Source: Vicugna vicugna (Eukaryota). From it: DNA of 64,000 nucleotides. This document shows, one piece after another, positions 1-11,110 of this stretch. The position numbers and the translations under genes are program-made. Position 1 is the stretch's first letter. Each line of letters starts with the position of its first letter. The notes below the pieces were generated by a model. That model saw only the letters and a program-made list of their open reading frames with translations, ran no database searches and was not told where the DNA came from. Location: the NCBI GenBank assembly GCA_013265495.1, contig MU058718.1, positions 3,796,081-3,860,080 on the forward strand, read 5' to 3'.

Positions 1-518
1 GGGCCCAGCGCGCTCTGCCTCATTGTTCAAACACTGCCAGCCCGCCCGCCCGCCCGCCGGGAGTCCGCGCCCTGCCAGGCCCGCGAGCTCGCAGCTCCCA
101 GGGAAGAGGGTTGGGGATCTCTGACCCTCGTCCCTCACCCCACTGGGCCAGGTAACTACAGCCCCCTGCCCACCTTCTTCGCCTCTCTGCCAACCTACCG
201 CTAAAGCGGAACCAACGAGTACCCCGGAGGCAACCAAGTGGGTGCTGTCCAAATGCTGGGAGGCGGAAGACTGGGCTGGGGGCGGGGGCGGGTGAGAAGC
301 AAGAGTCTCCGGCCTGCGCGTAGCTGCGGCCCTGGCCCCCATAGCGCGATGCCGGTTCCACTGGTACCCCTCGGTCACGGTTCCTCCCGCCCGACAGGGA
401 GCAGCTCGGCTGTGGCCGTCTCCCAGCGCTGGATGCTGGCGCCGAGCAGCCCTTGGCCCTCGTTTTCTCCAGAAGCAGAAAGCGGAGGGCGGTCTGCAGA
501 AGTCACCATGCTACTCAC

Positions 519-552
519 CCCAACTGTTTCTGTCCCTACGGTTCTTGGCCAT
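519..552 (-). CDS. ATL1: Atlastin-1 (ER-fusion dynamin-like GTPase), first coding exon, 34 nt
   Basis: Minus strand reads accacc ATG GCC AAG AAC CGT AGG GAC AGA AAC AGT TGG G|gtgagt = MAKNRRDRNSWG, the atlastin-1 N-terminus. Strong Kozak context, canonical donor at 518-513, and the known head-to-head arrangement with MAP4K5. Confidence 0.95.
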
Positions 553-689
553 GGTGGTCCGGGGACTGGCGGCGGTGGGGCGCTGTCACTGCGCTCGCTC
601 TTCTCCCGGGCCGCAGGTTGCCGGCGGTGGGAGGCTCTGTGCCCGCGCTGGGCGCAGTTCGCTCAGACTCTGAGGATGTTGCTGTGGCG
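553..689 (-). other. ATL1: ATL1 5' UTR portion of the first coding exon, bounded by a 3' splice acceptor
   Basis: Minus strand ctttctcctcccttctcctccctactccttcccaccag|cgccacagc: long polypyrimidine tract plus CAG at 692-690. Confidence 0.75.
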
Positions 690-1399
690 CTGGTGGGAAG
701 GAGTAGGGAGGAGAAGGGAGGAGAAAGCGGATGAACCAAGCTCAGCATCACAAGCCTGAGTTCACACAAATACCAGCGTCACACCCTCCCTATCTCAGCC
801 CACCCCCATAGCCCGAAGACAGTGACAGACGACGTACTGCAACATTTTCACTGGAAAACACACACAAATAAACAGCACCCCCTTACACACCCTCAAAGAA
901 TTTTTATACGGTCACGGAAATACACAAACCAATATACTGTATGATACTAGATGTTCAAATACCTGTTTCCTAGAACAGTTACATATTTGTATAAACACGC
1001 TGGCAATATTTATACAGCCAAAAAATTTTTAATAATCTTCATTTATCTACCAGGCACCATTTCCCCCATAATGTAAAAGCAAGGTCATATTAGTAAAGAG
1101 GGTGTTGTCCATTTTTGTACTGTATACTGAACAGGCCTATCTTTTAAAATTAGGATAACAAAATTTAGATTAAGAAGATCAAGATAAATGAAAGCTAGAG
1201 ATTCAGCATAATGTGTAACTAACTCCATGTCTAGTGGGCAAAATTTCACACTAGATTTGCAGAGATATAGTCTGGAGTTATATTGGCAAATATTCTAAGT
1301 AGTCAATCTACATAGTCAGGGAGAGTCTTTGCAGTAACAAAGGTTGCAGGCAATTTTGAATGGAAAGCAAAAGGCAATAAATACTTAAGAAAATAAAAC

Positions 1400-1910
1400 T
1401 ATTCTCAATCTCTCCCTTTTCACTGGCTTCTTCTTTACCTATGAACTTAAATTTTCAGTGTCCTAGAAACACTGTCCCTTCATGCTACTTGACTCTCAAG
1501 ATACCATCATCCCATTCCTCACCTCCTCACACAGTTTTCTCCTGCATTTGGTTATTACCCACACTCTACACAGATCAGTTCCACCTAGGAGATTACTGCT
1601 AGCCTCTTAATTACCAGATTCCTGATCTCTGTTTATTCCTCATGATAAGCAACTCTTCACTCTATGTTCCCTCATAGATGGATGGCTTCAGATAGGACCT
1701 CCATGCTGTTGATTCCCAAATCTATTCTTCTAGCCTTAAGCTCTCTTAAGGAGAGAAAATCATCCTTCCAGAGCTGACTTTATAACTGCCTGAGGTCATC
1801 TTCACTTTCTTTTCCTAATGACACTTCAAAATCAATATGTCAAAAACCAAACCCACTCATCACTGCCAAAACTTATGTATTCCATATTTCAGTTAATGGT
1901 TCTGTGACCT
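1400..1910 (+). mobile_element. Ancient L2 LINE fragment
   Basis: Decayed L2-like motifs (gattcccaaatctattcttctagcc; cttcaaaatcaatatgtcaaaaaccaaac). Confidence 0.55.
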
Positions 1911-2229
1911 CAGAACACTGTAAACCATTACATTGTTTACAAGTTTACATTATGGTTTTAAAGGGGACTATGTTCAGTCGAGTTACATTTCCTAGACACT
2001 AAGGAAGTAACATAGGAAGACAGATGTTATCTCATGCTGTACCTACAAACCATATTCATAGAAAAGAAGGCTATTCTGCTCTTCCTGTATTTGTTTACTA
2101 TAATTCTCAGTTTATATTCCAGCCTGATAATCCCTTTCAGGGGAACCCCATTAAAAAAGAGTATAGTAGATTCCATCCTCAAAAGTTATATATGTAATTC
2201 AAAATCTATTTCAAATTGAAAATTTTATT

Positions 2230-2850
2230 TGAAAAAAACTTTCTCCTTCATAATTAATAAGTAATCTGTGAGATAATACTTGAGACTCTGAATATCTCAG
2301 CCAAGAACTTCTCATCCAATGGTTTTTAACATCCACTGATATCCTTGCCTGAATCAACTTTATATTAGTGATTTTAAAATGGTGCTTTTAAAATAATTAT
2401 ACCACTTCTTTTACATTTTACACTTAGTAGCTGACATTTCCTCTCCCAACTTTGTTGAGTACCACTATGGATTTATGAAATCTAAAAAACATTATTGTAT
2501 TATTTACCATCATTATTCTTTTTAATCCACAAATTGCCCTCAATTTGGCCAATGGTTGCTCCTTCAGGTTAACACCAGTGGTTTTTTTTTTCCTTTTTTC
2601 TTTTTTAACATGTCCTATTTCTTTGGTCATTTTCCTTGTTTTCTGGCACAAGAAAACATTTCAAGTTTCCCTTATATTTTTTTCTCTGCCTCAGAACTAG
2701 GATTAACCACTCCTCCAAGAAACTCTGGCTGCTTTTAATGAGAAAAGGTATTTAGAAACCAAGATCTGGGTGCTAGCTGTGGTCATTGCTAGCTGGAGTT
2801 TCACTGTTTGAAGATTCTTTCAGCGGACATTGTTAGAATATATATATATT
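2230..2850 (-). mobile_element. Old L1 (L1MC/L1MD-like) 3' region fragment
   Basis: Matches recalled L1MC-type sequence, e.g. ggtatttagaaaccaagatctgggtgctag and caatttggccaatggttgctccttcagg. Confidence 0.6.
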
Positions 2851-2879
2851 TTAAAACCATAAACCGTAAGTTTAATCTA

Positions 2880-3815
2880 CTCTAAAGAAATACTGCCAAC
2901 AGTGTGAAAATATATACACACAGAGCAATTTATTACAGCATTTTTTGTAATTGCAAAGTATTGGAAAAAACCTAAATGCCCATATATAGGAGAGTGGTTG
3001 AATACATTGTAATACATCTGCACAATGTAATACTATACAGCTATAAAAAAAAGAATATAGATCTTTATAAACTGATACATACTGATTTCTAGACTATACT
3101 GTTAAATGGAAAAAAAAAACAAAGCACAAAGACTTTACCCATCCTGTAAGAAAGAAAAGGATATAAAAATATAAATGCCTCTGGCTCATCTGTACAAAAA
3201 AAAAAAAAGAAAAAGAAACCAGAAACCAATGAGATCAGTTACCCAGGAGATGGGTGGGAAAAAGATAAAAGCAATAAGTGTATGGGAACAGGGTAGTAGG
3301 GATTAGGAGGAATGACACTTCTCCAAATTAACCTTTCTTTTTTATATAGCCCTGACTATTAGAGCAATGGTAATGTTTCACATTCTCCAAAATAAATAAA
3401 TAGCTAAAAATCAATCAGGATATGGGGGACGAGGGTTAGAAGGAACTCAAAATGGAATTACAAACAGTAAAAAAAAAAAGTGAACCTAACTATATTTCAG
3501 GTTAATAACATAACTACACTGAAGGGTTTTCTAAACCTTGAGCAGCTTTAGAAAATAGCATTTTGATCATATACTATAAAACTAAAGTCAAAAACTGTAC
3601 CCAAGTATTGTTCTTTCGTTCATAGTTTAATTTTCTCCCAGGACACACATAGGTTAGCAATTCTGAAATTACTTATGTATGCAATAGGATTTAACAAATA
3701 CCTGGTGCCTTATCAGGGCCAGATTTCTTGCTTTTGAAGATAAAGTTATAGTAAGGAAAGGGGAAGTTCAGAATGAACCCTGTGGTGTTGAACTGGAATC
3801 TGAGATATCAGTATG
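2880..3815 (+). mobile_element. Old L1 (L1MC/ME-like) 3' fragments
   Basis: aaaacctaaatgcccatatataggagagtggttgaataca and gtggtgttgaactggaatctgagatatcagtatga resemble L1M ORF2 end and 3' UTR. Confidence 0.5.
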
Positions 3816-3819
3816 ACAC

Positions 3820-4670
3820 AGTAAAAATTGATCTAAATAGATATTTTTCCACAGAAGACACAAATGACCAACAAGCACATGAAAAGATGATTTAACATTT
3901 TTAGTCACTTAGGAAATGCAAATCAAAACTACAATGAGATATCACTTCATACATACTAGGATGATTATAATTAAAAAGATGGACAATTATATGTGTTGGT
4001 GAGAATGTGGAGAAACTGTCACTGCTGGTGGGAATATAAAGTGGTGCAGCCACTTTGGAAAACAGTCTGACAGCTTCTCAAAAAGTTAAACATAGAGTTA
4101 CCATATGGCCCAGCAATTCCACTCACAGATACATACTCAAAGAAATGAAACCATATGTTCACACAAAAACTTGGACAGGACTGTTCATAACAGCATTGTT
4201 CATAGTAATTAAAAGGTAGAAACAACCTAAATGCCAATTACTGATGTATGGCTAAACAAAATGTGGTACATCCATAAATGGAATATCATTTGGCCATAAA
4301 AAGGAATGAAGTAGTGGTAAATATTATACCATGGATAGACTTTGAAAACATTATCCTAACTGAAAGAAGCCAATCACAAATACCACATATTGTATGATTT
4401 CATTTATGTAAAATGCACAGAATTGGCAAATCTATGGAGATAATAGATTAAAGGTTGCCTGGGCCTAGAGAGGGTAGGTGGGAAGTTAGGGAGAAACTGG
4501 AGAGTGACTGCTACTGAATATTTCTTTGGGGTGATTAAATGTTTTAAAATTGATTGTGAAATCAATTCTGTTCAGCTCTGTAAATATACTAAAAATCACT
4601 GAGTTACATAATTTAAATTGGTAAATTATACGGTATGTGAATTGTATCTCAATAAGGCTGTTTTTAAAAA
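3820..4670 (+). mobile_element. L1MB-like LINE-1, ORF2 C-terminus and 3' UTR
   Basis: Typical L1 text (gaaatgcaaatcaaaactacaatgagatatcac; tgcagccactttggaaaacagt; catagagttaccatatggcccagcaattccac), ending tatctcaataaggctg then an A-rich tail. Confidence 0.9.
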
Positions 4671-4939
4671 GTCAAGGTCAAGTTTATTTTAAAACAGAAA
4701 AAAAGATGAAAAGGTATTTGTACTTTAGTACTATAGATCCTCTCTCTTCCTGACTCCTCTGGGATATTACTCCATAAATTATTCCTCTCCTTCTGTATCC
4801 TCAATTATTTTTTCTTCCATTGGTTCCTTCACCATTCTCATTTCCTCAATCTTAAGAAAAGAGCTCTCTCAATCAGGACTTTCTCAATAGTTGATGATCC
4901 AACTCACTCCTTCCCTCTGTAACTAGCAATCTTGGAAAA

Positions 4940-5550
4940 GTTTATCAATTAGAATGCTTTTGTCTGTAATTCAAAATGACTTAAATAAAAAGGACATTTA
5001 CTGTCACAATTTTTTGAAGATAGGTTGGTTCTATGGTGGTACATTCATCAGCTCAATGTCATCATAGATTATATTAGTTAGAATAATGATTTGGCTGCTG
5101 TAAAAAATTTTTATAGTGGCTTAAGACAGATACTTATTTTCCTCTCATGAAATAATCTGAGTATAAGCCATCCAGGGCTAATATGGTGGCCTCAAAACAT
5201 CAAGGAATCCAAGTTCTTTATATTTTAATCCATCCTTAATCTGGAATGTCCACCACATAATCAAAGATGTCTGCTTAAGCATTCATATTCTCATTCTAGC
5301 CAGATAGAAGGGAAGAAAAATAAGAAGTGGATATATCCATTCTAAGGGTACAACCGAAAAGTTGCACGTATCACTTCACTCAAATATTATTGACCAGTAC
5401 ATACCCCACCTAGTTGATAAATACATCATGGATTTAACTAAAATTTGGGAGGTTTAATACTAAAGACAGAAGGGAAATGGATATTGGAGAATACCAGCAG
5501 ACTTTTTCAAAAGGACCAAGGTTTCACCCTACCATCCTCAGTGTGTGGCC
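4940..5550. mobile_element. MaLR (MLT1-like) LTR fragments, probably nested
   Basis: MLT1-like starts at ~4944 (atcaattagaatgcttttgtctgtaa...gacttaaataaaaaggacattta) and ~5072 (atattagttagaataat...gtggcttaagacagatacttatttt). Confidence 0.55.
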
Positions 5551-5559
5551 TTATACAGG

Positions 5560-8245
5560 CCAAGGAGCATCAGCTTCCTGATTAATGAAGCTGTGACTGG
5601 GTTATCTGGGGAAAGTACCTGTCCCTTGGGCACTAGGATCTTTGGATCCATCAAGCCCAATGTCTTAAAGACAAAAATTCTTCAAGTGTATTATTAGGTA
5701 TAAGAAGAGCCACTCCTACCTCTACCCTCTGGTTCCTAGGCCCATGCACTCTCAATATAGGGTAGATGGTGACATATATTGGCTACTGAGTTACATCCTA
5801 CATCATATCCTCACAGGGTTTTATCTCTCAGTCAGCTGATCCTTCTGCTGGCCTTTCCTCCATTCTATTACACTAGATGCTTCTAAATGATAAGTTTGAG
5901 GTACAATCAGTTAATTTTGTGGGTATGACTCCATTGCCATAATTCCTTCACAGTAAAATTAGTTTCTCACTCAAATTTAATGTTGTTTGTCATACATGGT
6001 GATGAAATAAGTTATTCTATAAGTCTATGAATCATGGTACTAACAGAAACTTTCCAAGCAGGGAAGGTAAACCTGTATCTGAAATGTGTATCTATTCTCA
6101 TGAGGACAAACTGCTCTTCCCTCCATAAGCAAAGAGATTTAGTTTAATTAAACTGTCAACAGATGATTGTCTGCTCTATTTGGGGAATAGTACCCTACAA
6201 GGGTCTCTGCAATGGCCTCTGCTATAAGCAGGTTAAGTACTCCATAGTGGCAGTAAACTCATTACCCGTGGCAAGTAGAAGTCCATGCCATTGAATCCAT
6301 GTTTAGCCTCCATTCCTATTGCCACATAGCCTCACTGAACTAGTACTAGGGTGACTGGGTAAAGGAAGACTGACATCTATAGGATACATCATCTTGTATA
6401 CCTGATTTTTGGGATGGATGCCCTCTTGTGGGCAAATAGTTCACAGATATTATCACATTCTAGGCCAGTTTTGAGAACCCATCCATAATACATCTCCCAC
6501 TGACTTCCTTATTTCTGATCTTCTTCTTTCTAAGTTATTGTCAATCTATTAACTACTGTGCATAAATCACTATAGTTCCATACCTCAGGCTATCTCTCAT
6601 GCCTAACAAAGAGGACAACCAGATGTTCTGTTCAAAATTATGACCACTGGGAGAATTTCTCATCACTTTTTCAGGACCACTTCATTATGAAGTAGGGCCA
6701 CACTTCAGTGGCTCTACGTTTCTAGTTGGTGCCAGTGTATCATCCAGACCGTTAATAAATCAGGCTCAAGCTTTTCCTTCCTCTGTTAAATGACCCTGAG
6801 CCCATAGATTTGGCTCAAAAAAAGGTGGCAAAGAAGTAGGGGCAGGTACAATGAAAGTTAGTCCATGTAATTTACTTATGCCTACTCAGTCAGCTCAGGC
6901 CACCCAGTAAATACCTTTCCATTTGACAACAGACGTCTCCTGCTAATGTTCAATTTATGATTCAGTAAATTAAATAACACCCAATTCCTGAAGAGCAGTT
7001 CACATCACAAAATCATTTAGAATCCTGTGGTCAGGTGTTTAGTATTTGCCAAGGCCTGACAGCAAACCAAAAGGTGCCTTTCAAATGAGAACAGATGTCA
7101 ACAAATGAGGGCATGTTCTTATTACAAAACCCTAGACTTCTGCACTTGGATTCTCCTATTGGGCAGGCAAGAAACTCCATATAGTATCCTTATTTACCAT
7201 GGAGTCTGCTGAATTCTAAATCTTATGTATAAATGCAGCTTGTGCCATAACCTGGACTTTCTGTAGGGTATTCTGTTTTCCCAAGTTACATGAAGAACTG
7301 GCAGCCACATAGGTTGCGTGGTAAATGGATCAGAGAGCAGCAAATGCAATACCATGGCATCAAAATCCAAACAGGCCAATCAAGCACTGCAGGCACTGTG
7401 CATCTTCCTTTGGGGTGGAAGACGCAAGGTGGAGCACCGTAACTCCAATGGATTGTTAGAAATTTCACAAATGTGCAAGTCTCTGCACTGGGTTTATCTC
7501 CCACCCTCTGATATAAGGGTCTTTTTAGGTATCTAGGATGGTTGCTACTTCCCACTCACCAATCCAATTTGCACAATGTCATCAAGATAATAGACTAGTG
7601 TGATATTCAATTGGAGATCAAGGAAACGAAAGTCTCTCTGGAATGAAACAATATTAGAACTGAAGTGCTGAAACAGCCTGGAGGTAAGGCAGTGACAGTG
7701 CCGTCCCAGTCACGTGAAGGCAAGCTGCTTCCGATTATTTCCTTTGATGGAAATTAGAAAAAAAAGTTATATTCTAGGTTTCAAGTCAATAGTTACATTC
7801 TAGGCACCAAGAGCTGTGTTGATTTTCTCCAGTAAAGATTCCACATGTGAACTACAGCTGTAATTGACATCAACATCTGATTAAATTTTTAATAGTCCAT
7901 AGACATTCTCCAAAACTAATTTCGCTAGTGAGTGAGCCAAGCAGATGAGTTAAAATGGAAAAACGTCTTTCATTTTTAATGATGGCATTAATATCTGTAG
8001 TTCCCCCACTGATAAAGTTTAATTTTGACTTTCTACTTTGGCACAGGAGAGGGGCCAGCTAGGGAGGTTTCACATGGCCTTTCCAGTCATTAACTTTTAC
8101 TACACATAAATGTATGTAAGGGATTCTCCTACTGCATAGAGCTATTCCCATGTACATTTTGGGACTAGAAAAATAACCCCACATAGGTCTTCAGGTCCAC
8201 TGTACCCACTATTAAATGGACCTGAACCAAGACTACATTTGATTT
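5560..8245 (-). mobile_element. Decayed ERV-L-like (class III) endogenous retrovirus pol region: RT, RNase H, integrase
   Basis: Minus strand NITLVYYLDDIVQIG with the YxDD motif at 7589-7578. An RNase H-like segment at ~6790-6700 resembles ERV-L EEEKTRAWFTDGS. An integrase N-terminal-like NGG*TWIQWHGLLLATG..TATMEYLTCL*QRP lies at ~6315-6215. Many stops and frameshifts. Confidence 0.85.
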
Positions 8246-8254
8246 TCTTGCTTC

Positions 8255-9255
8255 CTTTTTTAAAAAAATTTTTTTAATTGAAGTATAATTGATTTCAATA
8301 TTAGTTCCAGGTATACATCATACTGATTCAGTTTTACATATTATACTCCATTAAAAGTTATTACAAGATAATTACTGTAATACCCTGTGCTATATAATAC
8401 ATCCTTGTGGCTTATCTATTTGATATGTAGTAGTTTGTATCTCTTAATCCCACAATCTAATTTGCCCCTCCCTCCTTCCCTCTAGGGCAACCATTAGTTT
8501 GTTTTCTATAACTGTGAGTCTGTTTCTGTCTGCATATACATTTAGTTGTATCATTTTTCAGATTCCACATATAAGTAATATCACATAATATTTGTCTTTC
8601 TCTGCCTGACATACCTCACTAAGCATAATATTCCCTAGGTCCATCCACATTGCTGCAAATGGCAGAATTTCATTCTTTTTTTTGGCTGAGTAATATTCTA
8701 TTGTATATACATGTGTGATTGATATATATATATATACACCACAACTTCTTTATCCGTTCATCTGTTGATAGGCACTTCGGTTGCTCCATGTCTTGGCTAT
8801 TGTAAATCATGCTGTTATGAACATTGGGGTGCATGTATCTTTTTGAATTAAATGTTTTCATTTTTCCCAGATTTATACCCAGGAGTAGAATTGTTGGATC
8901 ATACAGCAGTTCTATTTTTAGTTTTTTGAGGAAGCTCCATATTGTCTTCCATAGCAACTGCAACAATTTACATTCCCACCAACATTGTACAAGGGTGCCC
9001 TTTTCTCCACTTTCTCTCCAACATTTGTTATTTGTAGACTTTCTGATGATAGCCATTCTGACAGGTGTGAGGTGATTATCTCATTGTTGTTTTGATGTGC
9101 ATTTCTCTAATAATTAGTGATGTTGAGCATCTTTTTGTGTGCCTGTTAGCTATCTGTATGTCTTCATTGGAAAAATGTCTATTCAGTTCTTCTGCCCTTT
9201 GTGATTGGGTTGTTTGGTTTTTTGGTATTAAGTTGTATAAGCTGCTCATATACTC
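8255..9255 (-). mobile_element. 5'-truncated L1 inserted into the ERV
   Basis: Poly-T start; ORF 8670..9056 ([31 protein letters not shown]) is the L1 ORF2 C-terminal cysteine-rich region. Confidence 0.92.
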
Positions 9256-10810
9256 TTGACTTTAAGTCTCTACTCTAATCATTGGAATTTTGGTCACATT
9301 TTGAGACTGCAGGGATTAATATTCAGGGCTAAAACTTATTAACCTTTAGAAGATGTGGGAATTTCCCATTCCTCAGTTTGTAATCCCCTGGGAAAAGATC
9401 ACAAGTGCCTCTAAGAATTGCCTCAGGGAAGATTCACTGTTTATACCTGGCTGCACTGCAGAATCCTTCCTCAAAGAAACCTGGTATTGCTCTTAATTAA
9501 GGGACTCTAGGTCTGTTAACTGGCTTTAGTCTAGGAATTGGGTAATAGGTCTGGAATCTCCATTATAGTGACTTGAGTTAGATTTCTGCTCATCAGACCT
9601 AGAATTCTTCTGCTTACATGTGTCACACAGCACTTAAGTAGGCTGTGGGTTTCATTCATTCCTAGAGACTTGGTGATCATAAGCCACCAGCAAATATCCT
9701 TGCAGTCAAACACCCTGATTATCACTTCTTCCTGAGGGTTATTAGGGCAACTGTGCTGAACATAACTTTGACAGTTAAGAATCTCCCACCTGGCCTCTAT
9801 TCCCTACTCTCTACTGAGGAGATCAATATTCCCATTGAAATCATGGATCCCAATTTCATTGTGGCAACTCCATCACCACCTCTAACCAACCGAGGACAGC
9901 CACCAAAGAATTTTTCAAGGATATCTATGGACTTTACTCAATGAGTTGATAAGGGTCAATTTTAAGGGCCCTTCTAGGGACTGTATGGATACAGCATGAC
10001 TAAGCACGATGCACATAATAGAGCAGGTCCAAAATTCCCATCTCCCTAAGACTTCATATTCCTTCTACAGTATGCCAGGGAAGTTCCAGTATCTCAGCAT
10101 ACAGACCAACTACTCACAACAACAAATAAAATCTGAATCACAGGTAAGTATTTGGTAACATCCTGTAACTCCTTCAGTACATAAGCTCTCTCTTCCAAGA
10201 ACAAGTCTTGTCCTTCTCCATCAGGGCTATGTTGAAATCTAACTCTTGTTCAAAGTTCTCAGCCTCATTCATATCTGCCCAAATGCCCCTAATTTCACAT
10301 CACAGATCCCAATCCTTCCCCACCAGTGCTCTGAGCATAAGAAGTCTAGTTCACACATTTAAATGCCATTGTAACTCTGAAGCCTTTACCACCAGGGCTT
10401 GATCCTCAACCGCATCTGCCCTGCAGCTTCAAGAGAAATAAGGTTTCTTCAAAGCTGTCAAAGAAGCTTCCTGATTTTCTATTCATGCCTTAAGTTTGGA
10501 ACTCAAGGCTCTCTTTGTCTTTTTTCCCCATATATTCTCACAGAAGCAATCAGAGCAAATAACACAATTTTAGTAATCCTCACTGTCAAAGCAGCCAAGT
10601 GCTAGTGCTCCATCAGCCCTCCACCTCATGCCACCGTTGATGATTATTTAATTGTGATGTCACTCCATACTATGGAACACCATTGTTTCATCGTCCATGG
10701 CAAGTAGTTTATACAGATAATCAACAGATATATGGGGCCACTGATTATAATTAGCATTTTACTGAAGAATTTTGCAAGGGTTTCTTTCCTGAGTCTACTT
10801 CCAATTTCTA
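9256..10810 (-). mobile_element. Continuation of the ERV-L-like internal region (gag/pro side), decayed
   Basis: Same character as the pol segment, collinear on the other side of the L1, ending next to an LTR-like block. Confidence 0.55.
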
Positions 10811-10811
10811 T

Positions 10812-11110
10812 AACTATCAACTGGGGTTCTGGCAAGAAAGATACAGCATGAAAAGAGAATCTAATGAAAGGATGAGTTGTGAAACACGTGCACAGGGTTA
10901 AAGGGACCAACAAGGAATGTAAAGCATTCTGAGACTGGCTACAATAGGAAGCCACTATCATTCTTGCCCTAACGGGGCAAGGAGAAAGACAACGTATTAG
11001 AATCCTGGAAGAGCTATATAGCTTAGGATGCAGTGCCAGGCATTGCAGCTTCTTCTGCACATTAGGGCTTCCCAGAACACTAGTCTGTATGAAGTGCAAG
11101 CAAACTTTAG
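10812..11110 (-). mobile_element. ERVL-type LTR, putative 5' LTR of the provirus
   Basis: tatcaactggggttctggcaagaaaga...cagggttaaagggaccaacaaggaatg...ggaagccactatc...ggggcaagga resembles recalled ancient ERVL LTR consensus; abuts the internal region. Confidence 0.55.

Larger units (their letters stand above)
1..760. promoter_or_regulatory. CpG island around the ATL1 first coding exon (continues past the left edge)
   Basis: Very GC- and CpG-rich compared with the AT-rich flank after ~850; GC boxes (ggggcgggggcggg, ~279-292); contains the ATL1 start codon. Confidence 0.9.

Noticed and set aside
20..769. Four overlapping ORFs of 77-173 aa in the left CpG island
   Set aside because: Stop-poor GC-rich DNA with no recognisable protein; the real coding segment is the 34-nt ATL1 exon, which the track does not list as such.
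7194..7555. ORFs in the ERV pol region as a possible domesticated gene
   Set aside because: Homology switches frames and is riddled with stops; no intact long ORF.
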